A DNA stretch of 60,248 bases, counting the filler, from Nitrospinae bacterium RIFCSPLOWO2_12_FULL_45_22 (GTDB lineage Bacteria > 2-12-FULL-45-22): NCBI GenBank assembly GCA_001803565.1. It is 9 parts of 9 records of this genome, joined end to end, with 100 filler letters (N's around TTAATTAATTAA, not from the genome) between each part and the next. Parts side by side here need not be neighbours in the genome. Positions count along the whole stretch, not along the records: positions 47,152 to 53,446 come from MHDQ01000215.1; positions 53,547 to 60,248 come from MHDQ01000216.1; 7 more parts are not named here. One strand, written 5' to 3'. Below the pieces are notes generated by a model, which had not been told where the DNA came from, did not search any database, and saw nothing but the letters and a program-made list of their open reading frames with translations. Shown here piece by piece: positions 51,363-60,248 of the stretch. Position numbers and translations under genes: made by a program. Each line of letters starts with the position of its first letter. The stretch's first letter is position 1.

Positions 51363-53446
51363 TTATGGTGAACCTTCCGCAACGATTTTGATTTCATCCT
51401 CTGTCAATCCGTACAGTTCGTACACCAACTGATCAATCTGGCGGTCGGTGGCGTCAATCTGACGCTGGATGACGGTCTTGTCATGATCTGTCTTTGCCGA
51501 TGCTGATCGCTTATGCAGTTCAAGCATCTGTCTAACAAAAGCAACCACACTGTCATGGTAAGACTTGTCCGATGGGTTGGAGGAATCAATTGTGCGAATG
51601 GGAATTTGTGAAAAATACATTGGTTTGTATTCAAAATAACCACCCTGTTTAGTAGAGGAAATCGAATGCATAAAGAAATCAGCCACTCTTGAATTCAATG
51701 TTCCAAGCAGGTATAAATCGCCTGTGACTATTATAGACGTTTTATCATTTGAGTAAAAACCAGTATCATCCAATGTATATGACGCATTTTGAACAATACA
51801 CGGAACAATTATCTTTGGTTTTTCAAACTTAGCGTAGTAGTCAACTGCATCTTGAATTTCATACCATTTATAAGTTCCTGGTTTTCTTCCTTTCCAATTA
51901 CTGCCTTTCCAGCCCTTCGGTTTTGGCATAAGTCGTTCTTTATACTGACTTAAATATTTTTCTATGGCAGGATATTTTTGGATTTCGATCCCGCGTCTGG
52001 TAAAAATCAAGAATTGATTGCCCGTTGGCGGTTGATAGCGTTTAATATCCCGTCCGAGCAGGAATGGCTTTATAATCTCTTTGCTTTTAGTGTCTTCAGA
52101 AAAAAGCTTATTTCTTGTTTCTTCATCTATCACAAATGCCTCATTGAGGCCTGTCTTAATACCATAGTAGATTTTACCCTTTACGTATTCTTTTAAAGGA
52201 ACTCCGGTCTTTTTCAGCTTATTAAGCAGCGCAGAGCTTCGTTCATCTGTGAGCGACCAACCCGTATCATCAAGGGTGGATAGTTTTACAGAATGGCGGT
52301 TTTCTTTTACATAGCCTTCCAGACTTTCAAATTCAAGTGTTTTTACCTGGGTTGAGATAAAGGCGGATGGAGGTTTATCTTTCCCAATAACGAGGATGCA
52401 GGGATACGTTGTAGCTTGCTGGAATACAGGCAAATCTCCAAAATCTACAATTTGCGCAATACATTGTCGCTTTAACCACTTTCTGAGTGGTTCACCATAA
52501 TTAGCCCGCATCCACTTGTTTGCAACTATGTAACCGAAAATCCCTTTATCCCTGAGCAACGAAACACCTTTCTCAATAAAGTACGCATAGAGGTCGGACA
52601 TTCCATGATATACCGTGTATTTATGTTGGAAATATTCTTTCAGGTCGCCTAAGCCTTCTTGCCTTACATACGGCGGATTCCCGATTACCGCATCAAACCC
52701 GCCATTTTTCATGATTTCCGGAAATTCCTTTTCCCAATCGAATGGATTGACCTTGCGACGTTCCTCGTCTGACAAAACACCATTACCCGCTAAATGGGTT
52801 ACAACCCCCTCACCCCCTTTTCTAAGGGGGATATCTGGATTCCCCCTTAACAAAGGGGGATTTAGGGGGTTGTTATAAAAATCCGTGCCGATGAGTGAAT
52901 TACCGCACTTGATGTTATTGCCGAGGTCTGGCAGGGCGCGCTCGTGGAACATTTTGAGTTGCTTTACAATGGTCTGTTCAGATTCCCCTTCCAGCACTTT
53001 GAGGAGAAGCGAAAGCTTCGTTACTTCCACGGCCTGTGGGTCAATGTCCACACCGTAGATATTATTGAGGAGGATACGTCTGCGTTCAGCGGTAGTCAAT
53101 TGCCAATTTCGGATTTGGGAATTCGGATCCCCGATCTGAGTCGAGGACAAGTTTCGGACTTCGTCGTGAGCGCTCAGTCGAACGATTTCGGATTTTCCGG
53201 ATTGGTACAGCGCAGGTGTGCGGCCGGTTGCCCATTTTTCAGGGTCATTGGCTACGTACCAGTCACGATGCCAGTCGAGCAGGTATTGATATGCGCCCAG
53301 GAGGAATGAGCCAGAACCACAGGCGGGGTCGAGGATTTTTAGTTTCGATACATATTTTGGATTTAGGGGATTAACAACCCCCATTTCCCCCTTTGTTAAG
53401 GGGGACTTCACAACCCCCTTACCCCCTTTGCTAAGGGGGATTTTCC
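51363..53446 (-). CDS. Type IIG restriction-modification enzyme (Eco57I/TaqI-C-like), 5' partial
   Basis: ILDPACGSGSFL, IYGVDID, GNPPY, IDQLVYELYGLT. Confidence 0.9.
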
Positions 53447-53826
53447 NNNNNNNNNNNNNNNNNNNNNNNNNNNNNNNNNNNNNNNNNNNNTTAATTAATT
53501 AANNNNNNNNNNNNNNNNNNNNNNNNNNNNNNNNNNNNNNNNNNNNTGACCGAAGACCGTCCCCTTTATTCAGATATTGACAGGATATATCAATTGATCA
53601 GAAATAACTATCAATTGATTGAAAGCGCCCTATCCTAAGTTTTCAAGGGACACTCCCCATCTGTACAAGAACTTATTTCTGGTTTATCTTTTTCGTAGAT
53701 TCCTTACTCCTATAACCCTGCTATTGATGCTATTCAATGATTGGTATGCCTGAAAGTACTCTATGATTTGTGTGCTCGAAGGCCCCCTTCGCTCGGGGTT
53801 AACGGTGAGCCTACGCTACGACGCTA

Positions 53827-53884
53827 CGCTAACGACCTAAATCAGCGGTGGCTATTAGCCATCCGCTGGATTTTCTTGTTAGCC
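53827..53884 (-). other. attC site
   Basis: GGCTAAC (stop) aagaaaatccagcggatggc..gccaccgctgattt aggtc GTTAGCG. Confidence 0.85.
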
Positions 53885-54139
53885 CATCTCTTTAATCATT
53901 CTTTCATATTCATCATGAGTGCCAATCCATACCCAAATGAAGTCATTACCATCTTCAACTGCGAGTGCTCTGTGATTCATTCCAGCTCGCACTGACCAAA
54001 ACTTACCGACTTTTTTAAAATGAAGGGATGGATGTGAAGGATTAATTTTAAGTAGCTCGAAGTTCTTTTTCGATATCTTTTGGACAGGTTCTGGTAGGTT
54101 CTCAAAGCATTTCCAGAAACGGGCTGTTGTCCGATGCAT
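53879..54139 (-). CDS. RelE/ParE-like toxin
   Basis: RFWKCFENLP..HPSLHFKKV..WSVR..WIGTHDEY. Confidence 0.8.
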   Translation of the reverse strand: MHRTTARFWKCFENLPEPVQKISKKNFELLKINPSHPSLHFKKVGKFWSVRAGMNHRALAVEDGNDFIWVWIGTHDEYERMIKEMG

Positions 54140-54340
54140 TTAAAGTTCCTTGAGCTTTCCCTTCGCTTTTTCATCAAGGGCTTCCCTGATCAGAAAATCC
54201 AGTTTTCCTGCCTCTGAATCGGCTTCAATCTGCCTATCCCATTTTTCCCAATCCTTTTCAGAAAACCACTTTCTAAGGCGAATATATTCCTCTTCTGAGA
54301 GGGATTCAATTGCGGACTCGATTTCCTCTGCTTTTGACAT
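54140..54340 (-). CDS. Cognate antitoxin
   Basis: WDRQIEADSEAGKLD; abuts the toxin. Confidence 0.75.
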   Translation of the reverse strand: MSKAEEIESAIESLSEEEYIRLRKWFSEKDWEKWDRQIEADSEAGKLDFLIREALDEKAKGKLKEL

Positions 54341-54358
54341 ATCTAATCTACCCCCTTT

Positions 54359-54753
54359 CTATAAAGCCTTTAAATTCAGTCCAATATCGTAAGCTTGTTT
54401 TAGATATTCTGGTTGTTTTAATACCGATCCTTTCTCCATTATATCACTAAAGGAAAACATATTTAATATTTTAACACCAAGACAACCCAGAAGGCGATTA
54501 TAAAATTCCACTAATATTTTAGATTCATCATCCACTTTTTTTTGATTCATAGGCGTTATAATAATAGCCTTCTTCCCTGCGGTCAATTCCCTGTTCTGTA
54601 AATGATAGTAAAAGAAAAGTCTGTCAAGAAATGTTTTCATCAATCCCGTAACCCCGCACCAGTAAAGAGGAGAAGCAAGTATCATTAATTCTACAGCGTT
54701 GATTTGATTACGGACTTCAGTCATAGCATCTTGAAAATTACATTCGGATTTTC
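54359..54753 (-). pseudogene. Flavodoxin/iron-sulfur flavoprotein family fragment, 5' end cut by an IS
   Basis: LASPLYW..TGLMKTFLDR; lacks its N-terminus. Confidence 0.7.
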
Positions 54754-55029
54754 GGCATCCTTCATTTTTGACCAAAAGTAGTTAACAGTTTTAAAGAGCA
54801 AAGTATTTTTTATGATATTTGGGTGAAAAAATCAATAGTTCAAAGAACTTTTAAGAGGGTTGATCTACTAAGAGATCAACCCAATGTTGCTTCAATTTTT
54901 TACCAGTAAATATCTCAATGGGGGCCTTACCCTTTCTTTTGCCATCAACGAATCTTCTATGATTATGATAGAACATGATCAGGTTTAGGGCTTCCTGGGT
55001 TATATTGCCTTTGCAGGAGTTGAGGTAAC
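54754..55029 (-). mobile_element. IS remnant: transposase-like C-terminus plus terminal repeat
   Basis: RYLN..LIMFYHNHRRF..GKRKGKAPIEIFTG; terminus ggcatccttcatttttgaccaaaagtagttaac shared with the MITEs. Confidence 0.65.
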
Positions 55030-55080
55030 GCCCCGCTTCATCCGCCGCGGTACGCGGTCGGCTGGAAGCGGTTGTTAGGC
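55023..55080 (-). other. attC site
   Basis: GCCTAAC aaccgcttccagccgaccgcg..cgcggcggatgaagcgg ggc GTTACCT. Confidence 0.85.
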
Positions 55081-55098
55081 GGATATACATTACTTAAT

Positions 55099-55485
55099 TT
55101 ACCACAGCCGATCAACAGGATAGGCATCAAAGGAAGGATCTGCACTCAGAACAGGAAGCCGCTCAAACATGGACTGCCCGACCAGCAGCCGATCAAATGG
55201 ATCACGATGGTGAAAAGGCAGCGTGGACACAACAGTAATATGGCCCATCTTGATGTCCAGCAATCCAATGCCGTTAATGCTAAGCTGCTGCGGAATAAGC
55301 ACATCGAAAGGTTGAGCCAAGCTGAGTTTGCCGAGGCTGAGCTTAATGGCCATCTCCCAAAGGCTGGCTATGCTGAATAGCTTCTCGTTACTCCTATCTT
55401 CGATCAGCGCCCGCGCCTTCTCACTAAGTTTCGGGCTGCCCATGATAAACCAAAGGAAGCTATATGTGTCCAGCAAAAGCTTCAT
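55099..55485 (-). CDS. vapC: VapC PIN-domain toxin
   Basis: LLDT..LW, SLWEMAIK, HRDPFDRLL. Confidence 0.9.
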   Translation of the reverse strand: MKLLLDTYSFLWFIMGSPKLSEKARALIEDRSNEKLFSIASLWEMAIKLSLGKLSLAQPFDVLIPQQLSINGIGLLDIKMGHITVVSTLPFHHRDPFDRLLVGQSMFERLPVLSADPSFDAYPVDRLW

Positions 55486-55709
55486 TTCATGTACTCGTTG
55501 AAATCCTCGAGCGGATCATCGAAGTCATCGGACATAGTGACTAACCCTCTCGCGCTCCCAAACTGGGGGCGCGGCTTGGTCTGCGAAAGCGGCGACAATT
55601 TAACGACGGGTCGATCGTCTTTCGTAATGACGACTTCTACCCCACTCATCGCCTCCTCAATCAAATCAGGCAGATGCATCTTTGCCTCATCGATATTTAC
55701 TTGATGCAT
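55482..55709 (-). CDS. Phd/YefM-type antitoxin
   Basis: EAKMHLPDLI..VVIT..FGSARG..SDDFDDPL. Confidence 0.85.
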   Translation of the reverse strand: MHQVNIDEAKMHLPDLIEEAMSGVEVVITKDDRPVVKLSPLSQTKPRPQFGSARGLVTMSDDFDDPLEDFNEYMK

Positions 55710-55796
55710 GATTTACAACCCCCTTTCTCCTACCTCAAGGATGCTACTTCACAAGTATAACACACCAAAAGGAAAGGCACTTCAGCGAATAGTTAG

Positions 55797-55857
55797 GCTA
55801 AACCACCTCACGCATCAGCGGCGAGCGAAGCGATTCCGCTGGATGCGGTTGTTAGGC
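55797..55857 (-). other. attC site
   Basis: GCCTAAC aaccgcatccagcgg..ccgctgatgcg..GTTTAGC. Confidence 0.75.
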
Positions 55858-56160
55858 TCACTCATCATCTTGTTCAGGTCTGCCCAGCACATCCATGGCT
55901 CCATGGATGACAGCCAGAACGTCAATCTGGTCTGCCTTTATGTGGTAGATGATACGGAAGGAACCTTCGATCACTTCGCGAATCTGGTCAACATCATATT
56001 CGGGGACTCTACGGCCTGAGAAAGGGAATTCGGCAATTTGTTGAGATCTTCGGGTAAGCCGATCCACCATGCGCCTGGCATATTCGGGCGAATCCTGAGC
56101 AATCTAAGCATAGATGGCGCCAAGATGCCCTTCCGCTGTATCGGTCCAGTGGACTTTCAT
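55858..56160 (-). pseudogene. ParE/RelE toxin with an internal amber stop
   Basis: MKVHWTDTAEGHLGAIYA*IAQDSP..FPFSGRRVPE..RIIY..VIHG; TAG at 56104-56106. Confidence 0.85.
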
Positions 56161-56345
56161 TCCGGTAAACCGTACTTCGCCCGAACCTCTTTCACGTCTT
56201 TGGTCCGACCTGCTTTGCTGTCGGCCAATCCGCGCTCAACCGCCTCCCGGACGTAAATCTCCCGCATGAGATCATCCCATGTGGCGTTTGGTGGCATCCG
56301 ATCGATGATCCTGTGGGCTTCTTCCTTTTCCATGATTATTGACAT
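56157..56345 (-). CDS. Antitoxin of the ParE-like gene
   Basis: TWDDLM.EIYVREAVERGLAD; ATGA overlap with the toxin. Confidence 0.75.
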   Translation of the reverse strand: MSIIMEKEEAHRIIDRMPPNATWDDLMREIYVREAVERGLADSKAGRTKDVKEVRAKYGLPE

Positions 56346-56651
56346 AGCATTCTCTCCTTCTTTCTTGTCATAGAATAGCACCAAACTGAGCTGACTTCAA
56401 TTTATCCCAAGCCAGTGGGTAAGAGGGAGGCCGTAGCCACCCCTCCCCGGAGTATCATTGCCTGGCTCCTTCAACACAGTCCCTCTTCCCCTATATTTGC
56501 TGAGCGTTGGGCTACCCTAGCTGCATAGCACTCTGAACGAGAGTTCGAGCAATGACTTCTGTACAGAGACGAATCCGCACAGGTAGGCTTCGGAGTTATT
56601 TCATCACCTCCTCACCGTTTAAAAAACTAAGCGAGAATACCCTGCGTCTCA

Positions 56652-56710
56652 CGGGAACGATTGAGTTCAGCCGCCGCTGTAAAGCGGTCGGCTGGAATGA
56701 ATTGTTAGGC
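56652..56710 (-). other. attC site
   Basis: GCCTAAC aattcattccagccgaccgct..agcggcggctgaa ctcaatc GTTCCCG. Confidence 0.8.
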
Positions 56711-56756
56711 TAATTAGCTATATATATCCTTATATTTCTTACTCTGTCTGTGGGAG

Positions 56757-57095
56757 TTACGTCTTTGGAGAGAATGTATATAATGTCTGCCATAGATTTG
56801 TCAGCATGCTTCTATCATAATCTGTAAGTCGTCCTAAACGACGGGAAATATCATGCTTCTCCAAGCAGGCAATTTTCGCCAGCCGTACCCACGACTCTTT
56901 CAATAGGCCACTCATCGACCAGTCTCTCAACCTGCAGTCACCTTGTCCAGATCGTTCTATTGTGGTTATGGGAGCCAGAACGACATCTGCATCACCGATG
57001 TCTAAAACTACGAGAGCAGGGCGTCTCTTCCTCTGGCTAGTGCCGGATTGTGGGAAATCTACCAAAACAATGTCTCCAAACTCATAGTTCATCAT
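56757..57095 (-). CDS. PemK/MazF family toxin
   Basis: GDIVLVDFP..KRRPALVV..APITT..SGLLKES. Confidence 0.88.
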   Translation of the reverse strand: MMNYEFGDIVLVDFPQSGTSQRKRRPALVVLDIGDADVVLAPITTIERSGQGDCRLRDWSMSGLLKESWVRLAKIACLEKHDISRRLGRLTDYDRSMLTNLWQTLYTFSPKT

Positions 57096-57276
57096 AGATA
57101 GCATCCTGATCATCGTATGCTTCTAAGAAGTGCTTCTTTGCCGCTTCCCGCCAAATGTGATCTTCTTCTCTCTTATCTGAGATGGAGATCTGAATATATG
57201 CTCCCGGTTGAACAGAAATCGGTTGACTCAACTCTAAATGCGTTGGGTCCAAAATCTTTGCATTGATAATCTTCAT
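57082..57276 (-). CDS. Cognate antitoxin
   Basis: 64 aa, acidic tail AYDDQDAIYDEL, overlaps the toxin start. Confidence 0.7.
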   Translation of the reverse strand: MKIINAKILDPTHLELSQPISVQPGAYIQISISDKREEDHIWREAAKKHFLEAYDDQDAIYDEL

Positions 57277-57597
57277 TGATTACTCCTCCTTTAAAATTCA
57301 AGATCCGATCCCACATATATTCTTTTAAATCTAGCTTTTTTGTTCTCCTTTGTCTAGAAATATGTATATGTAAAGGAATGTTTCAATACTCAAACTGTAC
57401 GAATTGCCGTTGGCCACATGAACATCCAACTGTAATATACTGATCTTTAGAACTACCATGTGCAGATTTCTCACTAGCGTATACCCGTTTAAGTGGTTTT
57501 TCGGCTTGTGTCTGTTATTATTGGAAAAATAACGGAGAGAGCCAGGTTAATCAGAGTTAATCAGGGATATTCCCCATAGGTAGCTCCCCATGTGTAC

Positions 57598-58569
57598 TTA
57601 CCAGCGCCAGAGGGCTACACAGAAAACGATACTTAAAGCCAATAATAGATTAGAGTAGGCCAGGACTAAGAAAAGTTTCTGATAAGGAAAATTACCCGGC
57701 CCGGGAGCCGCTCCCGTTATGCTAGTAAGTACACCTATTATGGGGAATTTCTCTAAGGGTTTTTCTCCATGAGGCGATTGAACTAGTGCCTCACCCAGTT
57801 CTTTACCGGCTTCATGCCGCTGCATATGGGCTCCAGTTTTCCAGAGACGGCTCTGGGACAGGTCATAAACCCTGCCCCACACCGCCACATATATTCCCTT
57901 GCCCTCCTTACCAGCAAAAGTTTCCAACTCTTCCAGGGTAAAGATTTTCTGGACTGGCTGCAGCGGTTGGCCTCCTTTATACCTTTTGAGCCTCGGATTG
58001 ATAACGAAGGTTACCAGGCTAGCTGAGCATAGCATAAGAAGAAAAAGGCTACTCTTAACTAACAATATCTCCCCAAAGGTAGTAGAAGTTAATTCCGCTA
58101 AAGAATTTAATTTGGCTATGGATAGATAGATACCTGTGCTAACCAGGATAATAATACAGGCCCAACTGTAGACTATCTCTTTGGTAGGTATACCACCCTC
58201 TACCGTACGGGGTGAGAGTATCAGGTGGATAAAAAGGATTGCTCCTAGCCAGGCTACAGCGGCGGCCAGGTGGAGCCACCCCACTGTCAGTTGGAGGCAA
58301 CGTTGCCATATATAAGCCCGGGCAGTAGGGATAGGCCAGCGGTGTCCACGAGTGCGAAATGCCTCACCGGTGCTATTTAATATGCCACCACCGCCTGGGT
58401 CTATATGACAGCCCTCACAGGGTTGGTTGGTCTGAATGGCATATTCAGGATGGCTGGCTGTTTCGACTGGTAGGAATAAAAAAATAGAGGACAGGGTTAT
58501 TCCAAATATAACCCAGGAACTTCTACGAAAGATTAAACCAACTCCCTCAATCAATTGTCCTGTACGCAT
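57598..58569 (-). CDS. CxxCH + CopD-like membrane domain + cytochrome b5-like fusion protein
   Basis: CEGCH; WLHL..AWLG helices; FTLEEL..G..YVAV.GRVYDLS..H..H.AG..PHG. Confidence 0.75.
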   Translation of the reverse strand: MRTGQLIEGVGLIFRRSSWVIFGITLSSIFLFLPVETASHPEYAIQTNQPCEGCHIDPGGGGILNSTGEAFRTRGHRWPIPTARAYIWQRCLQLTVGWLHLAAAVAWLGAILFIHLILSPRTVEGGIPTKEIVYSWACIIILVSTGIYLSIAKLNSLAELTSTTFGEILLVKSSLFLLMLCSASLVTFVINPRLKRYKGGQPLQPVQKIFTLEELETFAGKEGKGIYVAVWGRVYDLSQSRLWKTGAHMQRHEAGKELGEALVQSPHGEKPLEKFPIIGVLTSITGAAPGPGNFPYQKLFLVLAYSNLLLALSIVFCVALWRW

Positions 58570-58606
58570 TCATGCAAATCCAAGCATGAACCTCTCGATA
58601 ATTATT

Positions 58607-58810
58607 GGCATCCTTCATTTTTCCAATTAACATTTTAACCCATAAGAGTGTAAGCAAGAGGGGATAAGGAGATAGGAGAGATAATGGAGATAAAGAAAAT
58701 AGCCTGATATTTCCCTATTCTCATAATCTCCAAATCCCCTTTTCTTACACAGGTTAACTACTATGTTCTTCCAAACCGTTAACTACTTTTGGTGAAATAT
58801 GAAGGATGCC
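58607..58810. mobile_element. MITE with GGCATCCTTCAT termini
   Basis: Perfect 12-nt terminal inverted repeat; the right end matches 54754-54791. Confidence 0.7.
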
Positions 58811-58815
58811 ATTCT

Positions 58816-59937
58816 TTATACTAATTCCAATTGGAGCATCTCTAGAAAGGCCTCGATGCGGGTACGGAACTGCCCGGCCGGGATAGTAATGTCGAATTCA
58901 AGGAAGAGGCTCGGTATGCCTAACTTCTCTTTCAATTCTCGCATTATGACCGGGTTATCAAACTCATGGGGGTCACAAAACTTCTGCTGGATAACAATAG
59001 CTCCTTGTACCTGGTAATCCTGTGCTAACTGCATTATATGAGGGAGCCTCAGCCGCGCTGGCCAGTCTTTCTGCGGACAAGGGGGACGTTCCAGGTAGCG
59101 GGCAGCAATAGCCCCCAGGCGATCTTCTCCGTTAACCACCTCATTCCAAAAATAGCGGCTGCCGGTACAATGCTCATCTATCACTACCGTCGAACCAAGC
59201 TCTTCAGCCAGTCTTATCATCTCGGTATCATCATCTTCACTGCCTATCAGCATCAGCCGGATACCCGGGTCGCGGCTATTATCCCTTTCAGGCAACTCCT
59301 GTAAGGTCTCTGCCAGCCACTGGTTATGCTCGGTCTTATCGGCAAAATGGCTCGAAAGGACCATCTCCATCGCTTCTACCCCGGAAACAGGAGGTGCTTC
59401 CGCCTTGCGCAACTCATAAATCTGCCGCATGAGCCTTCTGTTAGTATTGAGCATGTCAATCCCCCGGTCTAAATCTCCTTGAGAGATAGTCTTACCAGTC
59501 CACTCTTCCAGAGACTTCATAAAGGCCGCGAACTCCCCTTTAAGAAAGGGTTTAGCACTGGGTGATTGTACTGTAGCAGGCATAGCTATAAAATAGCTGT
59601 AGGATAGCGGGATATGCATTTCCCAGCTTGCAAAAGTCTGCCGGATATGCATACAACTATGCCCTATGGTTATGCCATCTAAATAGTCATAACGGCTCAG
59701 GAGGCCCTGGGCTAAACAGTCCCTACAAAAGGGGCAGAACATTGGGTAGATGTGGGGATCGGTTACATCCTGGGGCTCATGGCTGCCGAGGACCCTTACC
59801 GGGAGGATTCCAGCGGCATAAACAATCTCTTCCGGGATATAGGTGCAGAAATAACCTAATATCTTTCCCCCAGTACGCTCTTTCCATGCCCGGGCATATT
59901 GATGTCGGCTCTGTACTACTTCATGAAACTTTTCCAT
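58816..59937 (-). CDS. bzdN: Benzoyl-CoA reductase bzd-type subunit N (2-hydroxyacyl-CoA dehydratase family)
   Basis: RHQYARAWKERTGG, CTYIPEE, GSHEPQDVTDPHI..FCPFCRDCLAQG, QKFCDPH, TRIEAFLE. Confidence 0.8.
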   Translation of the reverse strand: MEKFHEVVQSRHQYARAWKERTGGKILGYFCTYIPEEIVYAAGILPVRVLGSHEPQDVTDPHIYPMFCPFCRDCLAQGLLSRYDYLDGITIGHSCMHIRQTFASWEMHIPLSYSYFIAMPATVQSPSAKPFLKGEFAAFMKSLEEWTGKTISQGDLDRGIDMLNTNRRLMRQIYELRKAEAPPVSGVEAMEMVLSSHFADKTEHNQWLAETLQELPERDNSRDPGIRLMLIGSEDDDTEMIRLAEELGSTVVIDEHCTGSRYFWNEVVNGEDRLGAIAARYLERPPCPQKDWPARLRLPHIMQLAQDYQVQGAIVIQQKFCDPHEFDNPVIMRELKEKLGIPSLFLEFDITIPAGQFRTRIEAFLEMLQLELV

Positions 59938-59983
59938 AGCTTACCTCCTATTATAATTGTTCTGAACTATGATCGAATAGATA

Positions 59984-60248
59984 TTATCTACCTCGGAATA
60001 CCGGCTTTCGTTTCTCCAGAAAGGCGCTTACCCCTTCTTTCTGGTCTTCGGTAGCCATAAGGTAGAGCATAACGTCCAGGGAATGTTTATACTCCTCGCC
60101 ACCCAAAAAGCGATTTACTGAGGCCTTGTAGACCCGCAGGGCAAGGGGGGCAACGTTCATCAACTTTCCGGCCAATTCCATACAGTTGTCCATCAGTTGT
60201 TCATGAGGCACAACTTTATTAATCAGTCCAATCCGTAAAGCCTCCTGG
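59984..60248 (-). CDS. Crotonase-family protein C-terminus (5' end outside window)
   Basis: GLINKVVP..PLAL..K..TEDQKEGVSAFLEKRKP.F. Confidence 0.85.
   Translation of the reverse strand, partial: QEALRIGLINKVVPHEQLMDNCMELAGKLMNVAPLALRVYKASVNRFLGGEEYKHSLDVMLYLMATEDQKEGVSAFLEKRKPVFRGR

Noticed and set aside
5454-53546. Recurring TTAATTAATTAA motif as a biological repeat
   Set aside because: Always centred in fixed N runs; it is an assembly linker.
56104-56106. Amber codon as pyrrolysine recoding
   Set aside because: No pyl genes in the window; a nonsense mutation in a toxin is simpler.
706-59939. Many short antisense or overlapping ORFs in the track
   Set aside because: They are shadows of well-supported genes and have no recognisable motifs.

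Overview
This is not one locus. It is nine contigs (about 5-10 kb each) joined by 100-nt N/TTAATTAATTAA/N linkers, so gene neighbourhood across a linker means nothing. The content fits an anaerobic bacterial draft genome or bin. Housekeeping and metabolic genes include argD/argF/argG, anmK-slt, flgK-flgL-csrA-fliW, a double-length uvrA, an RlmI-like methyltransferase, a PilB/GspE ATPase, EndoQ, two tRNA-Val genes, three radical SAM enzymes, astD plus an amidinotransferase, CoA-thioester/aromatic degradation genes (bzdN, crotonases, thiolase) and cytochromes. The accessory layer is the most interesting part. (i) Three integrase-less integron-type cassette clusters with attC sites (about 23.1-25.7, 48.8-51.3 and 53.8-57.3 kb); two are rich in toxin-antitoxin genes. 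(ii) Downstream of a type IIG restriction-modification gene, three copies of a 75-130 bp element ending in TATAAT-aa(c/t)tt-GTT. Each sits in front of its own gene and looks like a multiplied solo attI/promoter platform. (iii) Several families of small palindromic or MITE-like repeats, some translated in frame inside uvrA, slt and the R-M gene. All calls come from reading motifs by eye; no searches were run.
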